In this document: piece after piece, positions 28,309 to 38,489 of the stretch
How the letters are laid out: each line of letters opens with the position of its first letter
Numbering within the stretch: the stretch's first letter is position 1
From: a bacterium
GTDB taxonomy: Bacteria > JAMCPX01
Length of the DNA stretch: 61,490 nt
Direction of reading: 5' to 3'
Assembly (NCBI GenBank): GCA_037439545.1
Contig: JBBIVV010000008.1
Coordinates: 1-61,490, forward strand
Program-made: the position numbers and the translations under genes
The notes under the pieces: generated by a model
Database searches by the model: none
What the model was told of the DNA's origin: nothing
What the model saw: only the letters and a program-made list of their open reading frames with translations

Positions 28309-28617
28309 CTATAGTTTTGTATCGTGAGAAGAAGATTGTTTCTGTTGCGGCTGGTGTAATTCTTCTTTCAGACTGAGTAACCTATTCTCAAGTTCTTTCA
28401 GTCTTTCAATAGAAGAAGAAAATACTTTGACATCCTCAACGCCGGATTTGACGGTCACGTAAAACTGATGTCCAAGCTCATAAACAGAGGTGTTGTATTG
28501 TCTTTTTACTTCATAAAGCTTTATCTTCTTTTTGAAGAAGTGTGTGTACTCTACAAGATTCTGCTTTACCACATCCATTATCTTTTCTAATTTTTCCGGT
28601 ATCTTTGTTTCATTCAT
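28309..28617 (-). CDS. Hypothetical helical/coiled-coil protein
   Basis: 102-aa ORF, TTGACT promoter-like sequence upstream, charged helical composition. Confidence 0.65.
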   Translation of the reverse strand: MNETKIPEKLEKIMDVVKQNLVEYTHFFKKKIKLYEVKRQYNTSVYELGHQFYVTVKSGVEDVKVFSSSIERLKELENRLLSLKEELHQPQQKQSSSHDTKL

Positions 28618-28658
28618 ACTTTACAGATTAACAAGATTTTATAGAAAAGTCAAATTCC

Positions 28659-28686
28659 CTGACCCAAGCCCCGCCCGGGTATTTCC
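28659..28686. repeat. 28-bp hairpin mini-element, degenerate copy
   Basis: CTGACCCAAGCCCCGCCCGGGTATTTCC resembles 48104-48131. Confidence 0.45.
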
Positions 28687-28690
28687 CTGA

Positions 28691-29029
28691 TCAAGGTTCT
28701 TTTGATGTGGAAACATGGGTTTGATCCGATGTTTTTCGTGCAGGCTCAACCGGTGTAGCAGCACTCTCGAGCTCGCTCTCGAGCTGTTTTATCCTTTTTT
28801 TGTACGACATCTTCTGCAAAAAGCCCGAAATAGAGGCTATCGCATAACCGCATGTCAATGCGATAAGTATGATCAACCATACCGGTATTGGTGAGGTATA
28901 CCAACCGAGAGAAGAATATAAATGAAATCTGAATGACGATGCCTTGTTCAGGGCATCATAATTTTCAACCAGTATTATAAACACAAGTACCATCAGCAGA
29001 GCTATTACAATACGTTTAATAAACTTCAT
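28691..29029 (-). CDS. LapA-family membrane protein
   Basis: TM-EN...P.W-TM-basic coiled tail; position downstream of ihfB. Confidence 0.7.
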   Translation of the reverse strand: MKFIKRIVIALLMVLVFIILVENYDALNKASSFRFHLYSSLGWYTSPIPVWLIILIALTCGYAIASISGFLQKMSYKKRIKQLESELESAATPVEPARKTSDQTHVSTSKEP

Positions 29030-29519
29030 TCATGTTTCCTTTTATTTTATGGTAGGTATCAATGAGTGATTCGGGCAGGACCTTCGTATCGCTAACAACA
29101 GGCATAAAGTTTGTATCGCCGTTCCATCGCGGCACTATATGAACATGGATGTGTTCTTCAAATCCAGCACCGGCAATCTTGCCCTGGTTTATACCTATAT
29201 TGAATCCCTCAGGAGAGAATGCTCCTTTCAGCGAATGTATGCCTGTTTTCATAAGCAGAGCGATTTCTTCAAGTTCTTGTTTCGTTAATTCCTGAAAGCC
29301 TGCCACATGCCTGTACGGTGCTACCATTATGTGTCCGGTATTATAAGGGTAACGGTTCATGATAATAAAGGATAACTTTCCCCTGAACAATACTAAATTT
29401 TCTTCGTCTTTCTCATGAGAGGCTTGGGGATAAAAACAGAATATGCACACTTTATCGTTACCCAAAGCTGTATCTTCAAGGATGTATTTCAGACGCCATG
29501 GAGCCCATAATCTATACAT
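29016..29519 (-). CDS. HIT-family hydrolase
   Basis: LWAPWR, CIFC, NRYPYNTGH, HIHVHIVPRW.GDTNF. Confidence 0.92.
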   Translation of the reverse strand: MYRLWAPWRLKYILEDTALGNDKVCIFCFYPQASHEKDEENLVLFRGKLSFIIMNRYPYNTGHIMVAPYRHVAGFQELTKQELEEIALLMKTGIHSLKGAFSPEGFNIGINQGKIAGAGFEEHIHVHIVPRWNGDTNFMPVVSDTKVLPESLIDTYHKIKGNMNEVY

Positions 29520-29522
29520 TTT

Positions 29523-29813
29523 TCATGCATTTTTATTTACGAGCTCTTTTAGTTCTTTACCGGCTTTGAAAAAAGGTACCCGTTTGGATTGTATGGTGAG
29601 CCTTTTACCGGTTTTTGGATTCCGTGCTTCTCTTCCTTTTCTGATTTTAACAAACAGGCTCCCGAATCCTCTGATCTCTATATGGTCATTATTTTTCAGT
29701 GCATCTATCATCTTATCCAATATACTATTTACAATTTTTTCAACATCGTTTTTAGCTATGTGCGGAAATTTCTCACCAAGTTTTTCAATGAGTTCACTTT
29801 TTTTCATACTCAA
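29523..29813 (-). CDS. ihfB: Integration host factor subunit beta
   Basis: KSELI, IEIRGFGS, ARNPKTG, PFFKAGKELKE; follows rpsA-sppA. Confidence 0.88.
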   Translation of the reverse strand: MSMKKSELIEKLGEKFPHIAKNDVEKIVNSILDKMIDALKNNDHIEIRGFGSLFVKIRKGREARNPKTGKRLTIQSKRVPFFKAGKELKELVNKNA

Positions 29814-29828
29814 GCCTCCCCTATAGCG

Positions 29829-30737
29829 CTACTTCGGCATATTTAGTATATAACTTAACCGGAACATGTTATTTTCCAATAATTTTTCCTCTATTACATT
29901 GGCGATACTTTTTGTCAAAAGATTATAAAAATCCTTCCTTGGCTGCTGAGGATAAACAAGTTCCGGTTCTCCTTTAATTCCGCTTAATTTTGCGGCAAGA
30001 TCCTCTGCGGTGTGGAATCCTCCGAGTTTATCTACCAGCCCTAATTTAAGTGCCTGGTCGCCCGCGAAGATCCTTCCGTCGGCTATTTTTTCTAACGTAC
30101 TCATAGGTATGTGCCTGTTTTCTGAAACCGCGATTTTAAACTGCATAAGAACGTCGTCTATTACCGATTGGAGATATTCCTTTTCCTCAGGTTTCATCGG
30201 TCTGAACGGAGAACCTATATCTTTAAATTTTCCGCTTTTTACGACCTCGCTTTTTACCTTTGCCCATTTTAACAGATCACCCACATCAAAGAATTCCATT
30301 ATTACACCTATACTGCCTGTAATTGTTCCAGGCTCGGCAACGATCTTATTTGCACCGCATGCAATGTAATATCCGCCTGAAGCAGCTACGGTGCCCATAG
30401 ACACAACTATCTGCTTCTTTTTTCTGATTCTTACGAGTGTGTCGTATATCTCCTGTGCTGCCGCAACTCCACCACCCGGAGAATCTATACGGACGATAAT
30501 TGCTTTTATACTATTGTCCTTATAAAACTCATCAAGTTCATGTATAACAGGTCTTGGCTCACTGATAACACCCTTTATCTCGACCACGCCTATTTTATTC
30601 GAGGCATGGAAGATTGCGTCGGATGACAGGGCGGAAATGCGGCTGCCATGCATCTTGAACATCACGGACATGACAAAAGACAACACCACGACGATGATAA
30701 GAACCACAGCAAAAATATTGGCTGTTTTTTTGTCCAT
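29829..30737 (-). CDS. sppA: Signal peptide peptidase SppA
   Basis: IDSPGG, AASGGYY, TGSIGV, SGKFKD. Confidence 0.92.
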   Translation of the reverse strand: MDKKTANIFAVVLIIVVVLSFVMSVMFKMHGSRISALSSDAIFHASNKIGVVEIKGVISEPRPVIHELDEFYKDNSIKAIIVRIDSPGGGVAAAQEIYDTLVRIRKKKQIVVSMGTVAASGGYYIACGANKIVAEPGTITGSIGVIMEFFDVGDLLKWAKVKSEVVKSGKFKDIGSPFRPMKPEEKEYLQSVIDDVLMQFKIAVSENRHIPMSTLEKIADGRIFAGDQALKLGLVDKLGGFHTAEDLAAKLSGIKGEPELVYPQQPRKDFYNLLTKSIANVIEEKLLENNMFRLSYILNMPK

Positions 30738-30749
30738 AAAATTATTCTT

Positions 30750-32444
30750 TTATTTGCCGTTCCCTTTTAATTTAAGGAGTTCTCCTATATTGGACACACT
30801 CTCCTCATTTGTTTTAAGATATTCTTTTATGACCAATTTTTCCTTCTGTTTGTGCAGAATCTTTAATCCGAGTGATAACTTCCTGTTCGTCTCATCCACA
30901 TTCAGTATTGCACACTCGATGACGTCACCGACAGTGTAAGCAGCCGCTTCAGTGCCTTCATCTTTTGTGTGTTCAATCTCGGAGATATGAATGAGTCCCT
31001 CGACTCCGTCCTCGACCTCTACAAATATACCGAAGTCGACGCTGCCGGTTATTGTTCCTTTAAGGACATCTCCCTTCTTATAGCGTTTTGAAATGTTGCG
31101 CCATGGGTCAGGCGTAAGCTGTTTTATTCCGAGTGAAAGCTTTTGGTTGTTCTTATCGACACTCAAAACTATTGCATCGACTGTTTCACTTTTCTTGTAA
31201 GCTGAGAGAAGATTTTTTACCTTTTTACTCCATGCGACATCATCGACATGTACAAGCCCTTCTACACCTTTTTCAATCTCAACAAATAATCCGAAATCGG
31301 TTATGCTGGTAATTGTACCTTTAAGTTTCGTTCCCGTACCGTATCTTTCTGCAATCTCTTCCCATGGATTCTTTAATAGTTGTTTGTATCCAAGAGCTAT
31401 CTTCTTTGTTTCAGGATCGACATTGAGAACGATTGCATCGACCTCTGTATCCAGAGTCAGATATTTACCCGGGTGCTTGAGCCTTCTGTCCCATGAGAGA
31501 TCCGTTTTATGTATAAGACCATCGACACCGGGCTTGAGTTCGACAAATACGCCGAAATCCGTTATGTTTACAACCTTGCCTCTGACTTTACTGCCTTCCT
31601 TGAACTCGTCCACAACCTTTGTCCATGGCGGTTCTTCAAGTTGCTTTAAGCCGAGGGAAAGTTTGCCTGTTTCTGGTTCATACTTGAGCACTTTTAAGTT
31701 AAGCTTCATCCCTATTTTCAGTATCTCCGAAGGATGTTTAATCCTGCCCCATGTCATATCAGATATATGGAGGAGTCCGTCTATTCCTTCTACGGCGACA
31801 AATGCACCGTAATCGGTTATGGTTCTCACAATACCCTCAACATTGTTGTTTTCTTTCAATGTCTCGCCGCGTTTCTTCTCCTGCTGTTCTTTCTCTCTCT
31901 CCAGGAGCTGCTTCCTTGAAAGTATAATGTTCTCGGTTTTTTCTTCATAGCTTATGACAAGCGATTTTATGTGTCTTCCGACATAGCTGTCGAGTGATTT
32001 GACAGGTTTTATGTCTATCTGGGACCAGGGCATGAAAGCCTGAACGCCTATGTCGACCATAAGCCCGCCCTTTGTTTTGGAAACTACTTCCCCATGTATC
32101 GGGGTTGCATTTGCAATAGCCTTTACAACATTGTCAAAGGCCCTTAGCCTTTCCACCTTCTGCCGGGAAAGCTGGACCACGCTGTTCTTGTTATCTGCAT
32201 TGAGGATAAGTACCTCAATGTCATCGCCAACTTTAAATTTTGGTTTGCCTTTTGAGTCTTTTATCTCGTTTCCAGGGACAAACCCGTCAGCCTTATACCC
32301 TATATCAACTGTGGCACCATCGGTCCTTAATTCTATTATCTTTCCCTTTACGATGTCTCCGATTTTGAAGCTTTTTACGCTCTCCCGCATGAGTTCTTTA
32401 AACTCTGCTGTGTTCTCATTGCTTTGTCCATTACCAACCACCAT
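30750..32444 (-). CDS. rpsA: 30S ribosomal protein S1
   Basis: Six S1 repeats (DYGAFV/DFGVFV...GLLHISD). Confidence 0.95.
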   Translation of the reverse strand: MVVGNGQSNENTAEFKELMRESVKSFKIGDIVKGKIIELRTDGATVDIGYKADGFVPGNEIKDSKGKPKFKVGDDIEVLILNADNKNSVVQLSRQKVERLRAFDNVVKAIANATPIHGEVVSKTKGGLMVDIGVQAFMPWSQIDIKPVKSLDSYVGRHIKSLVISYEEKTENIILSRKQLLEREKEQQEKKRGETLKENNNVEGIVRTITDYGAFVAVEGIDGLLHISDMTWGRIKHPSEILKIGMKLNLKVLKYEPETGKLSLGLKQLEEPPWTKVVDEFKEGSKVRGKVVNITDFGVFVELKPGVDGLIHKTDLSWDRRLKHPGKYLTLDTEVDAIVLNVDPETKKIALGYKQLLKNPWEEIAERYGTGTKLKGTITSITDFGLFVEIEKGVEGLVHVDDVAWSKKVKNLLSAYKKSETVDAIVLSVDKNNQKLSLGIKQLTPDPWRNISKRYKKGDVLKGTITGSVDFGIFVEVEDGVEGLIHISEIEHTKDEGTEAAAYTVGDVIECAILNVDETNRKLSLGLKILHKQKEKLVIKEYLKTNEESVSNIGELLKLKGNGK

Positions 32445-32538
32445 TTATATTGATCCTCCCGGTTTTTAATATCGTTTTAGTATACCTTAGCATATCATAT
32501 CAAATATAGTTACATTCAAATACTTTCGTCGGCAATGT

Positions 32539-34107
32539 TTATCTCAGATTCCTGTCTGAATCTTTGCCGAAACTTTCGGTTATTTCTTTTAATCTTTTTA
32601 GAATCTCTTTTATCAGCCATATAGGTGTCGATGCTCCTGCCGTAATACCAATCTTTTCAGCATCAATCAACATTTCTTGTTTTATCTGATTTTGATGCTC
32701 TACATGGTAAGTTTTAGAATTGATCGCTTTACATATATTTGCAAGCTTATTCGTATTGGAACTGTTAAATCCACCTACGACGAATATGACATCAACCATT
32801 TTAGCAAGCATTGCTGATTCTTCCTGCCGTATCTTTGTAGCATCGCATATAGTGTTGTAAACGGCAAGCTCATATACATTATCAGCAAGTACAGATATGA
32901 CCTTTTTAAAATTCTCCATGGATTGGGTTGTCTGTGCAAGTACGGCAAGTTTTTTGATATTCCAGAACGGAGGGAGGTCTTCGGGGGTTTTTACAATAGT
33001 GACCTGATGCGGCTGCGCATAACTCAACAGGCTTTTCACCTCGGGATGCCTTTCATCGCCTACGATGACTACATGAAAGCCTTTTCTGGTAAGCGTTTTA
33101 ACAAGTCTCTGGGACCTTGTAACAAAGGGGCAGGTGGCATCGATAATAGCAAGCCCTTTTTTCTTTGCGTTATCGGACTCTTCTATGGTTACACCATGAG
33201 AACGATACACGAGTGTGCCCGATAAAATGTTATTGATGTCCTCAACAGGCCTTATACCTATTTCCTCGAGCCTCTGCACTTCCTGCGGGTTGTGGATAAG
33301 CGGGCCAAGCGTGTACAGCTCTTTCTGATGTTTCGCAGTCTTTATGGCTATGTCAACCGCTCTTTTTACTCCAAAACAGAAGCCTGCCGATACCGTCGTA
33401 TAAAATTTTACTCCATTTACCGTGCTGATGAACTTCTGAGATAACCTTGTTTTGGTCTCATAGTACAGGGAATTAATTACTTCGTTTACTGATCTATCCG
33501 TTGTGTCGACAATTATAGCATCATCATCAGGTTTCAGGGGTGCTATATCCCGCTGTTCATCCCTTTTGTCGCGTTGTTTTGTTTCAGCGAGGACATTTTC
33601 ATAGGTTGAACTGATCCCGTTTCTCTTCAGCTCATCAAACCGCCTTTTTGCCCTGGTCTCAGGCAAAGCTGTTATAAAAAATTTTATGTCTGCCGATGGG
33701 AATACGACTGTTCCAATGTCCCTGCCTTCAATAACTGTGTTGCCGTTTATCATTTTATGCATGATGCTGTTTACCGCATCCCTGATTCCGTGAAAAACAG
33801 AGATTTTAGAGGATGCCTGTGCAACATCCATACGTTTTATGTCTGCATTAATATCTATGCCGTCCATGAGCAAATACCATGTGTTGTTGCTCTTCATGAT
33901 CTCAAATGAGGTGATGCTGGTAAGTTTTATTAATGCATCCTCGGCATTTGTTTGGATATTATTGTTGATTGCTTTGAGGGCAAAGGCCCTGTAAAGGCTC
34001 CCGCTGTTTATATAATTATACCCGAGACTCTGTGCAAGCCCCGAACTTACCGTACTCTTTCCGCTGCCAGATGGACCGTCTATTGCTATGATTACAGGCT
34101 TTTTCAT
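32539..34107 (-). CDS. cmk-ispH: Fusion of cytidylate kinase (Cmk) and IspH/LytB
   Basis: N-half IDGPSGSGKST, EGRDIGTVVFP; C-half AGFCFGV, LIHN, DATCPFV, NTICDAT, SSNT, ITAGASTP; one uninterrupted frame. Confidence 0.9.
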   Translation of the reverse strand: MKKPVIIAIDGPSGSGKSTVSSGLAQSLGYNYINSGSLYRAFALKAINNNIQTNAEDALIKLTSITSFEIMKSNNTWYLLMDGIDINADIKRMDVAQASSKISVFHGIRDAVNSIMHKMINGNTVIEGRDIGTVVFPSADIKFFITALPETRAKRRFDELKRNGISSTYENVLAETKQRDKRDEQRDIAPLKPDDDAIIVDTTDRSVNEVINSLYYETKTRLSQKFISTVNGVKFYTTVSAGFCFGVKRAVDIAIKTAKHQKELYTLGPLIHNPQEVQRLEEIGIRPVEDINNILSGTLVYRSHGVTIEESDNAKKKGLAIIDATCPFVTRSQRLVKTLTRKGFHVVIVGDERHPEVKSLLSYAQPHQVTIVKTPEDLPPFWNIKKLAVLAQTTQSMENFKKVISVLADNVYELAVYNTICDATKIRQEESAMLAKMVDVIFVVGGFNSSNTNKLANICKAINSKTYHVEHQNQIKQEMLIDAEKIGITAGASTPIWLIKEILKRLKEITESFGKDSDRNLR

Positions 34108-35432
34108 ACATTCTTGATCCTATTAAATATATTCATGAATTCCGGGAAGGAAATGCCGACCGCATCAAAATTATCTATTGATATTTCTTTTTCGCTTGAA
34201 ACGGATGCCGTTGCGAAAGCCATAGCAATCCTGTGATCCCCATAACTTGAAACACTGCCGCCTTTCACGGTACCGCCCGTAATGTGCAACCCATCACCAA
34301 GGTCTTTTGCTTTAACGCCAATACGGGTGAGGCCGTCTACGACAGCTTTTATCCGGTCCGATTCCTTTAACCTCAATTCTTCTGCATTGCGTATAACCGT
34401 CTCGCCTTCTCCATAGGCCGAAAGTACTGCGATCAACGGAAGTTCATCAATAGCCCTTACTATGGTCTCTTTGTCGTCAATAACAATTCCATGCAGGTTT
34501 GAAGATTTCACATGAATGTCGGCCACAGGCTCTCCTGTTTCATATCTTATGTTCATAAGTTCTACGGATGCGCCCATTTTCTTGAGGATGTCCAGCATGC
34601 CTGTTCTGCCAGGATTTATGCCCACATTGGTAATCAGGACATCGGATTTTTTTGCTATAATACCGGCACCTATGAAAAATGCAGCAGACGAGAAGTCACC
34701 CGGGACCGTTATGTTTATAGGCAAAGGCTTTTGCGAACATGCGAGTTGTATCGTTTTATCTGAAGTCCTGATGTCTACGCCGCTTGCCTTGAGCATCAGT
34801 TCCGTATGGTTCCGTGTGCTTACGGGTTCTATTATCGTCATGATTCCTTTTGCGTTCATAGATGCGACGATAAGCCCCGTTTTTACCTGTGCAGATGGTA
34901 CCTGCATAGTATAGTCAATGCCTTTTAATCTACCGCCCCTGACTGATAAGGGGAGGTAATGTGCGTGCTCCCTTCCATCGAGTGAAGCACCCATTGCCAT
35001 AAGAGGCGTCGTTATCCGTTTCATGGGTCTGGTCTTTAATGATTTGTCGCCTGTTATTACAGAGAAGAAGTCCTGTGTACTCAATAGTCCGAGCATGATC
35101 CTTGCAGTTGTGCCTGAATTCCCCGCGTCCAGTATATCGGACGGCTCTTTGAATCCATAAATGCCGTTCCCCGTTATAGCAGCGGTTGAGTCTTTTATTT
35201 CGATATGAGTGCCGAGCAGACGCAGGCATTTTACGGTGCTCATAATGTCGTCTGCAATAAGCATTCGATCAATGCGGCTTATGCCTGAAGCTATGGCTGA
35301 AAAGATCAAAGCCCTGTGGGATATTGATTTGTCGCCCGGGACCGTTATCTGTCCTTCAAGCTTGCCTACCGGTTGAAAAGTTATTTTATCCGGTGAAATG
35401 TTGTCCGGAGATATGGTACCATTGCTATTCAT
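34104..35432 (-). CDS. aroA: EPSP synthase
   Basis: PGDKSISHR, GNSGTT, SAQVK, KESDR, GDHRIAM. Confidence 0.95.
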   Translation of the reverse strand: MNSNGTISPDNISPDKITFQPVGKLEGQITVPGDKSISHRALIFSAIASGISRIDRMLIADDIMSTVKCLRLLGTHIEIKDSTAAITGNGIYGFKEPSDILDAGNSGTTARIMLGLLSTQDFFSVITGDKSLKTRPMKRITTPLMAMGASLDGREHAHYLPLSVRGGRLKGIDYTMQVPSAQVKTGLIVASMNAKGIMTIIEPVSTRNHTELMLKASGVDIRTSDKTIQLACSQKPLPINITVPGDFSSAAFFIGAGIIAKKSDVLITNVGINPGRTGMLDILKKMGASVELMNIRYETGEPVADIHVKSSNLHGIVIDDKETIVRAIDELPLIAVLSAYGEGETVIRNAEELRLKESDRIKAVVDGLTRIGVKAKDLGDGLHITGGTVKGGSVSSYGDHRIAMAFATASVSSEKEISIDNFDAVGISFPEFMNIFNRIKNV

Positions 35433-36301
35433 CTATCTGTAATCTGCCTCCGTGCCTCTTTTACTTCGTCAAGGAAATCATGTATGCCTTTCATATCTTT
35501 TGATCTGATTAAGCGGCTCAGATAGTCGATGGTTTTTGAAAACCTTTCAAGGGAACTCAGCACCTCTTTCGAATTGGACAGGAATATGTCCCTCCACATT
35601 ATGGGGTCACTGCCTGCAATGCGGGTAAAATCCTTCAACCCGCCGCCTGCATACTTAAATAGCTCATCTCCGGCATTTTGCCCTTCCATAACGCTTCCTA
35701 CCAATGCATAGGCGATAATATGGGGGAGATGGGAAACCATCGCCATAACCCTGTCATGCGTCTGAGGGTCCATTACAGTCACATCGCTGCCAATGGACTC
35801 CCAGAATTTTGTCAATGCTTCCAGGATAAACCCCTCTGTTTTATCTGTGGGGGTAATGATGCACCGTTTGCCTTCATATAATCCGTCAATGGCGTTGATC
35901 GCACCTGATTTTTCCGTACCGGTAATGGGGTGACTGCCGATATAATTACTGTGTCCGTAAAATAGTTCTGTCATTTTGTATACCAGCTCCGATTTCGTAC
36001 TGCCTATATCTGTAATAATTGCGTCTTTCTTTACTGCGTAAACTATCCTTTTTGCTATCTCGAAAGTCGATAGGATGGGTGTCGCAAAAATCACCAGCAC
36101 TGCATCTGCAATACCGTCTTTAAGGCAATCGGTATAGCTGTCTATTGCAGAGAGGTTTTTGGCTGTTTTCAAATTGTCAAAATTCCTGTCAATGCCTATA
36201 ATCTTTCTGCATAAGCCCTTTTTCTTTATGGAAATTCCGAGGGATGTTCCCATCATCCCTGTGCCAATGATCGCGATTTGCTCATAAAAAGGTTTATTCA
36301 T
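35429..36301 (-). CDS. tyrA: Prephenate/arogenate dehydrogenase
   Basis: GTGMMGTS, DIGSTK, HPITGTEKSG, SHLPH, DFTRIA. Confidence 0.92.
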   Translation of the reverse strand: MNKPFYEQIAIIGTGMMGTSLGISIKKKGLCRKIIGIDRNFDNLKTAKNLSAIDSYTDCLKDGIADAVLVIFATPILSTFEIAKRIVYAVKKDAIITDIGSTKSELVYKMTELFYGHSNYIGSHPITGTEKSGAINAIDGLYEGKRCIITPTDKTEGFILEALTKFWESIGSDVTVMDPQTHDRVMAMVSHLPHIIAYALVGSVMEGQNAGDELFKYAGGGLKDFTRIAGSDPIMWRDIFLSNSKEVLSSLERFSKTIDYLSRLIRSKDMKGIHDFLDEVKEARRQITDR

Positions 36302-37404
36302 TTTTCTAAAAGTTCTTTAAACTCCTTGATAAATTTTCTATTCTCAGCAGGTGTGCCCACATTTATCCTTATATAATCAGCAAGCCCGTAACCGGTCATG
36401 TCCCTCACTATAACAGCTTTTCTAAGAAGCGATTCAAATGCCTGCTTTGCGGACATATAAGGAGAAACCTTAACAAGAAAAAAATTAGCCTGCGTCGGCA
36501 GGAAGTTGATGTTCATGGTCTCAAGCATCCTGTACAGATAACGCAGCCCTGCTTTGTTGTTTGAAAGCGTTCTCTTTACAAACTGCTTGTCATCAAGTGC
36601 GCCGAGTGCTGCTGCCTGTGCAAGGCTGTTCACGTTGAACGGCTGTCTGACCCTTTCTATGTAATCGGCAATCTCGGGTGTTGTGAATCCATAGCCTATT
36701 CTTAACCCTGCGAGTCCGTAAAGCTTTGAAAAGGTCCTGAGTACAATAAGGTTTCTGTCCTTTTCCTTTAAATAATCTATGCCGTCGGGGTATTCATCCG
36801 AGCTTACAAACTCCCTGTATGCGGCATCATCGATAATTACAACATGATCGGGCACGCTGTCGAGAAGAGTTTCATAATCTTTCTTTTTTAAAATTGTACC
36901 GGTCGGGTTGTTCGGGTTTGATATGAATATGAGTCTTGTCCTTTTGGTTATCGCCTTTAATATGCTTTTTATGTCGTAGCTGTAATCGGGGAGGAGTTTT
37001 ATGATAATCGATTTTGCGCCGGATGCTTTTACCGTTATCGAATATATAAGAAAGCTCGGATCGGATATGATTGCCTCGTCTCCCGGCTGAAGGAACGTCC
37101 TTATTATCAACTCAATAATTTCATTCGAGCCATTGCCTATTACTATTGCCTCAGGCACTATACCGTGGATGCGCGAAAGTTTGTTTTTAAGATAAAATCC
37201 GCTTCCGTCAGGATAACGGTTTATATCTTTTAATGCGTCCATTACGGCTTTTACTGCTTTCTGTGAAGGGCCGAGCGGGTTTTCGTTCGATGCTATTTTG
37301 ATGGAGTTCGATATGCCAAGCTCTCTCTCGACCTCCTCAATGGGCTTACCGGGAGGGTAAGGAACAATGTCTTTTATATAATGAGGAATAAATTTGTATG
37401 TCAT
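36298..37404 (-). CDS. hisC: Histidinol-phosphate/aromatic aminotransferase
   Basis: ASNENP, GNGSNE, NPNNPTG, RTFSK.YGLAGLRIG. Confidence 0.92.
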   Translation of the reverse strand: MTYKFIPHYIKDIVPYPPGKPIEEVERELGISNSIKIASNENPLGPSQKAVKAVMDALKDINRYPDGSGFYLKNKLSRIHGIVPEAIVIGNGSNEIIELIIRTFLQPGDEAIISDPSFLIYSITVKASGAKSIIIKLLPDYSYDIKSILKAITKRTRLIFISNPNNPTGTILKKKDYETLLDSVPDHVVIIDDAAYREFVSSDEYPDGIDYLKEKDRNLIVLRTFSKLYGLAGLRIGYGFTTPEIADYIERVRQPFNVNSLAQAAALGALDDKQFVKRTLSNNKAGLRYLYRMLETMNINFLPTQANFFLVKVSPYMSAKQAFESLLRKAVIVRDMTGYGLADYIRINVGTPAENRKFIKEFKELLEK

Positions 37405-37406
37405 TG

Positions 37407-38489
37407 CTACTCCTGTCTTGTTTTTGGATAAGAACCCAGGGATTTAAAGAACACGGTGTGTTTCTTCACTGCAGCTATGGCTTTCTTTATCTTATCGTCA
37501 TCAATGTGTCCATCGATATCCACGAAGAAAAGATACTCCCATGCCTTTTTCTTTAAGGGCCTGGATTCTATCTTTGTAAGGTTTACTCTATAATCCGAAA
37601 ATGGTTTTAATGCAGAATACAATGCCCCGGCCCTGTGTTTTACTGCAAAAATGATAGATGTTTTGTCATTGGCTGTCCTGTCGGGCATAATCTTTCCAAT
37701 AACGACGAACCTTGTTACATTGCTCGGGTTTTCCTCCAATCTCCGGGCAAGTATTTCAAGTTTGTATAGTCTTGCCGCTAACTCGCTTACAATGGCAACA
37801 GAGGAACTCGTTTTCTGGACTATCTTTGCGGCCTGACTTGTGCTGTCTGTATCGACGGTAAGAGCGTTCGGCAGCCGCTCTCTTATCCATCTCCTGCACT
37901 GGGCGATAGCCTGCGGGTGTGAATATACCTTCCCGATATTGTTTAATTGCCTTTTTTCTCGCGCTGCAAGTACATAACTTATAGGCACAAAAATTTCCCG
38001 TGCTATGAGAAGGCTTGAATCTATAAACCGATCCAGTGTCTGCGGTACTGTTCCTTCCATCGAATTTTCTACTGGAACAACCCCGAAGTCGCAGTTGCTG
38101 TATTCTACTTCGTTGAAAATCTCAGAAATGTTTTTGACGGGTACAAGGGGAGAGGAATTGCCGAACTCGAGAAGTGCTGCCTGGTGTGCCCATGTACCTT
38201 CAGGGCCGAGAAATGCTATCCTCGGAGGAGTGACGGATGCCCTTGAGGCAGAAAAAATTTCTTTGAATATGTGTTTTATGTATTCATTTTTCAGCGGACC
38301 TTGATTGTGGCGGGAGAGTCTGTTGACGATGAACGCCTCTCTTGAAGGATAATATATGGGTGCTGCTGTTTTCTCTTTTTCTTTATTGATAGCTATCGCT
38401 ATTTTCATCCGTTGATTTAAAAGTCCGAGGAGTTTTTCATCGATACTATCTATCTGTTTTCTAAAACTGCTGATATGACTGTTTATCAT
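37407..38489 (-). CDS. pheA: Chorismate mutase/prephenate dehydratase
   Basis: R.QID.ID CM domain, LGPEGT, PVENS.EG, SHPQA.AQC, TRF, TKIESRP. Confidence 0.94.
   Translation of the reverse strand: MINSHISSFRKQIDSIDEKLLGLLNQRMKIAIAINKEKEKTAAPIYYPSREAFIVNRLSRHNQGPLKNEYIKHIFKEIFSASRASVTPPRIAFLGPEGTWAHQAALLEFGNSSPLVPVKNISEIFNEVEYSNCDFGVVPVENSMEGTVPQTLDRFIDSSLLIAREIFVPISYVLAAREKRQLNNIGKVYSHPQAIAQCRRWIRERLPNALTVDTDSTSQAAKIVQKTSSSVAIVSELAARLYKLEILARRLEENPSNVTRFVVIGKIMPDRTANDKTSIIFAVKHRAGALYSALKPFSDYRVNLTKIESRPLKKKAWEYLFFVDIDGHIDDDKIKKAIAAVKKHTVFFKSLGSYPKTRQE

Noticed and set aside
33292..33300. DnaA box (TGTGGATAA)
   Set aside because: Single copy within a coding region; no cluster suggesting an origin.
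35385..35420. ISPDN-ISPDK duplication at the AroA N-terminus
   Set aside because: Tiny degenerate duplication in a variable region with no evident significance.
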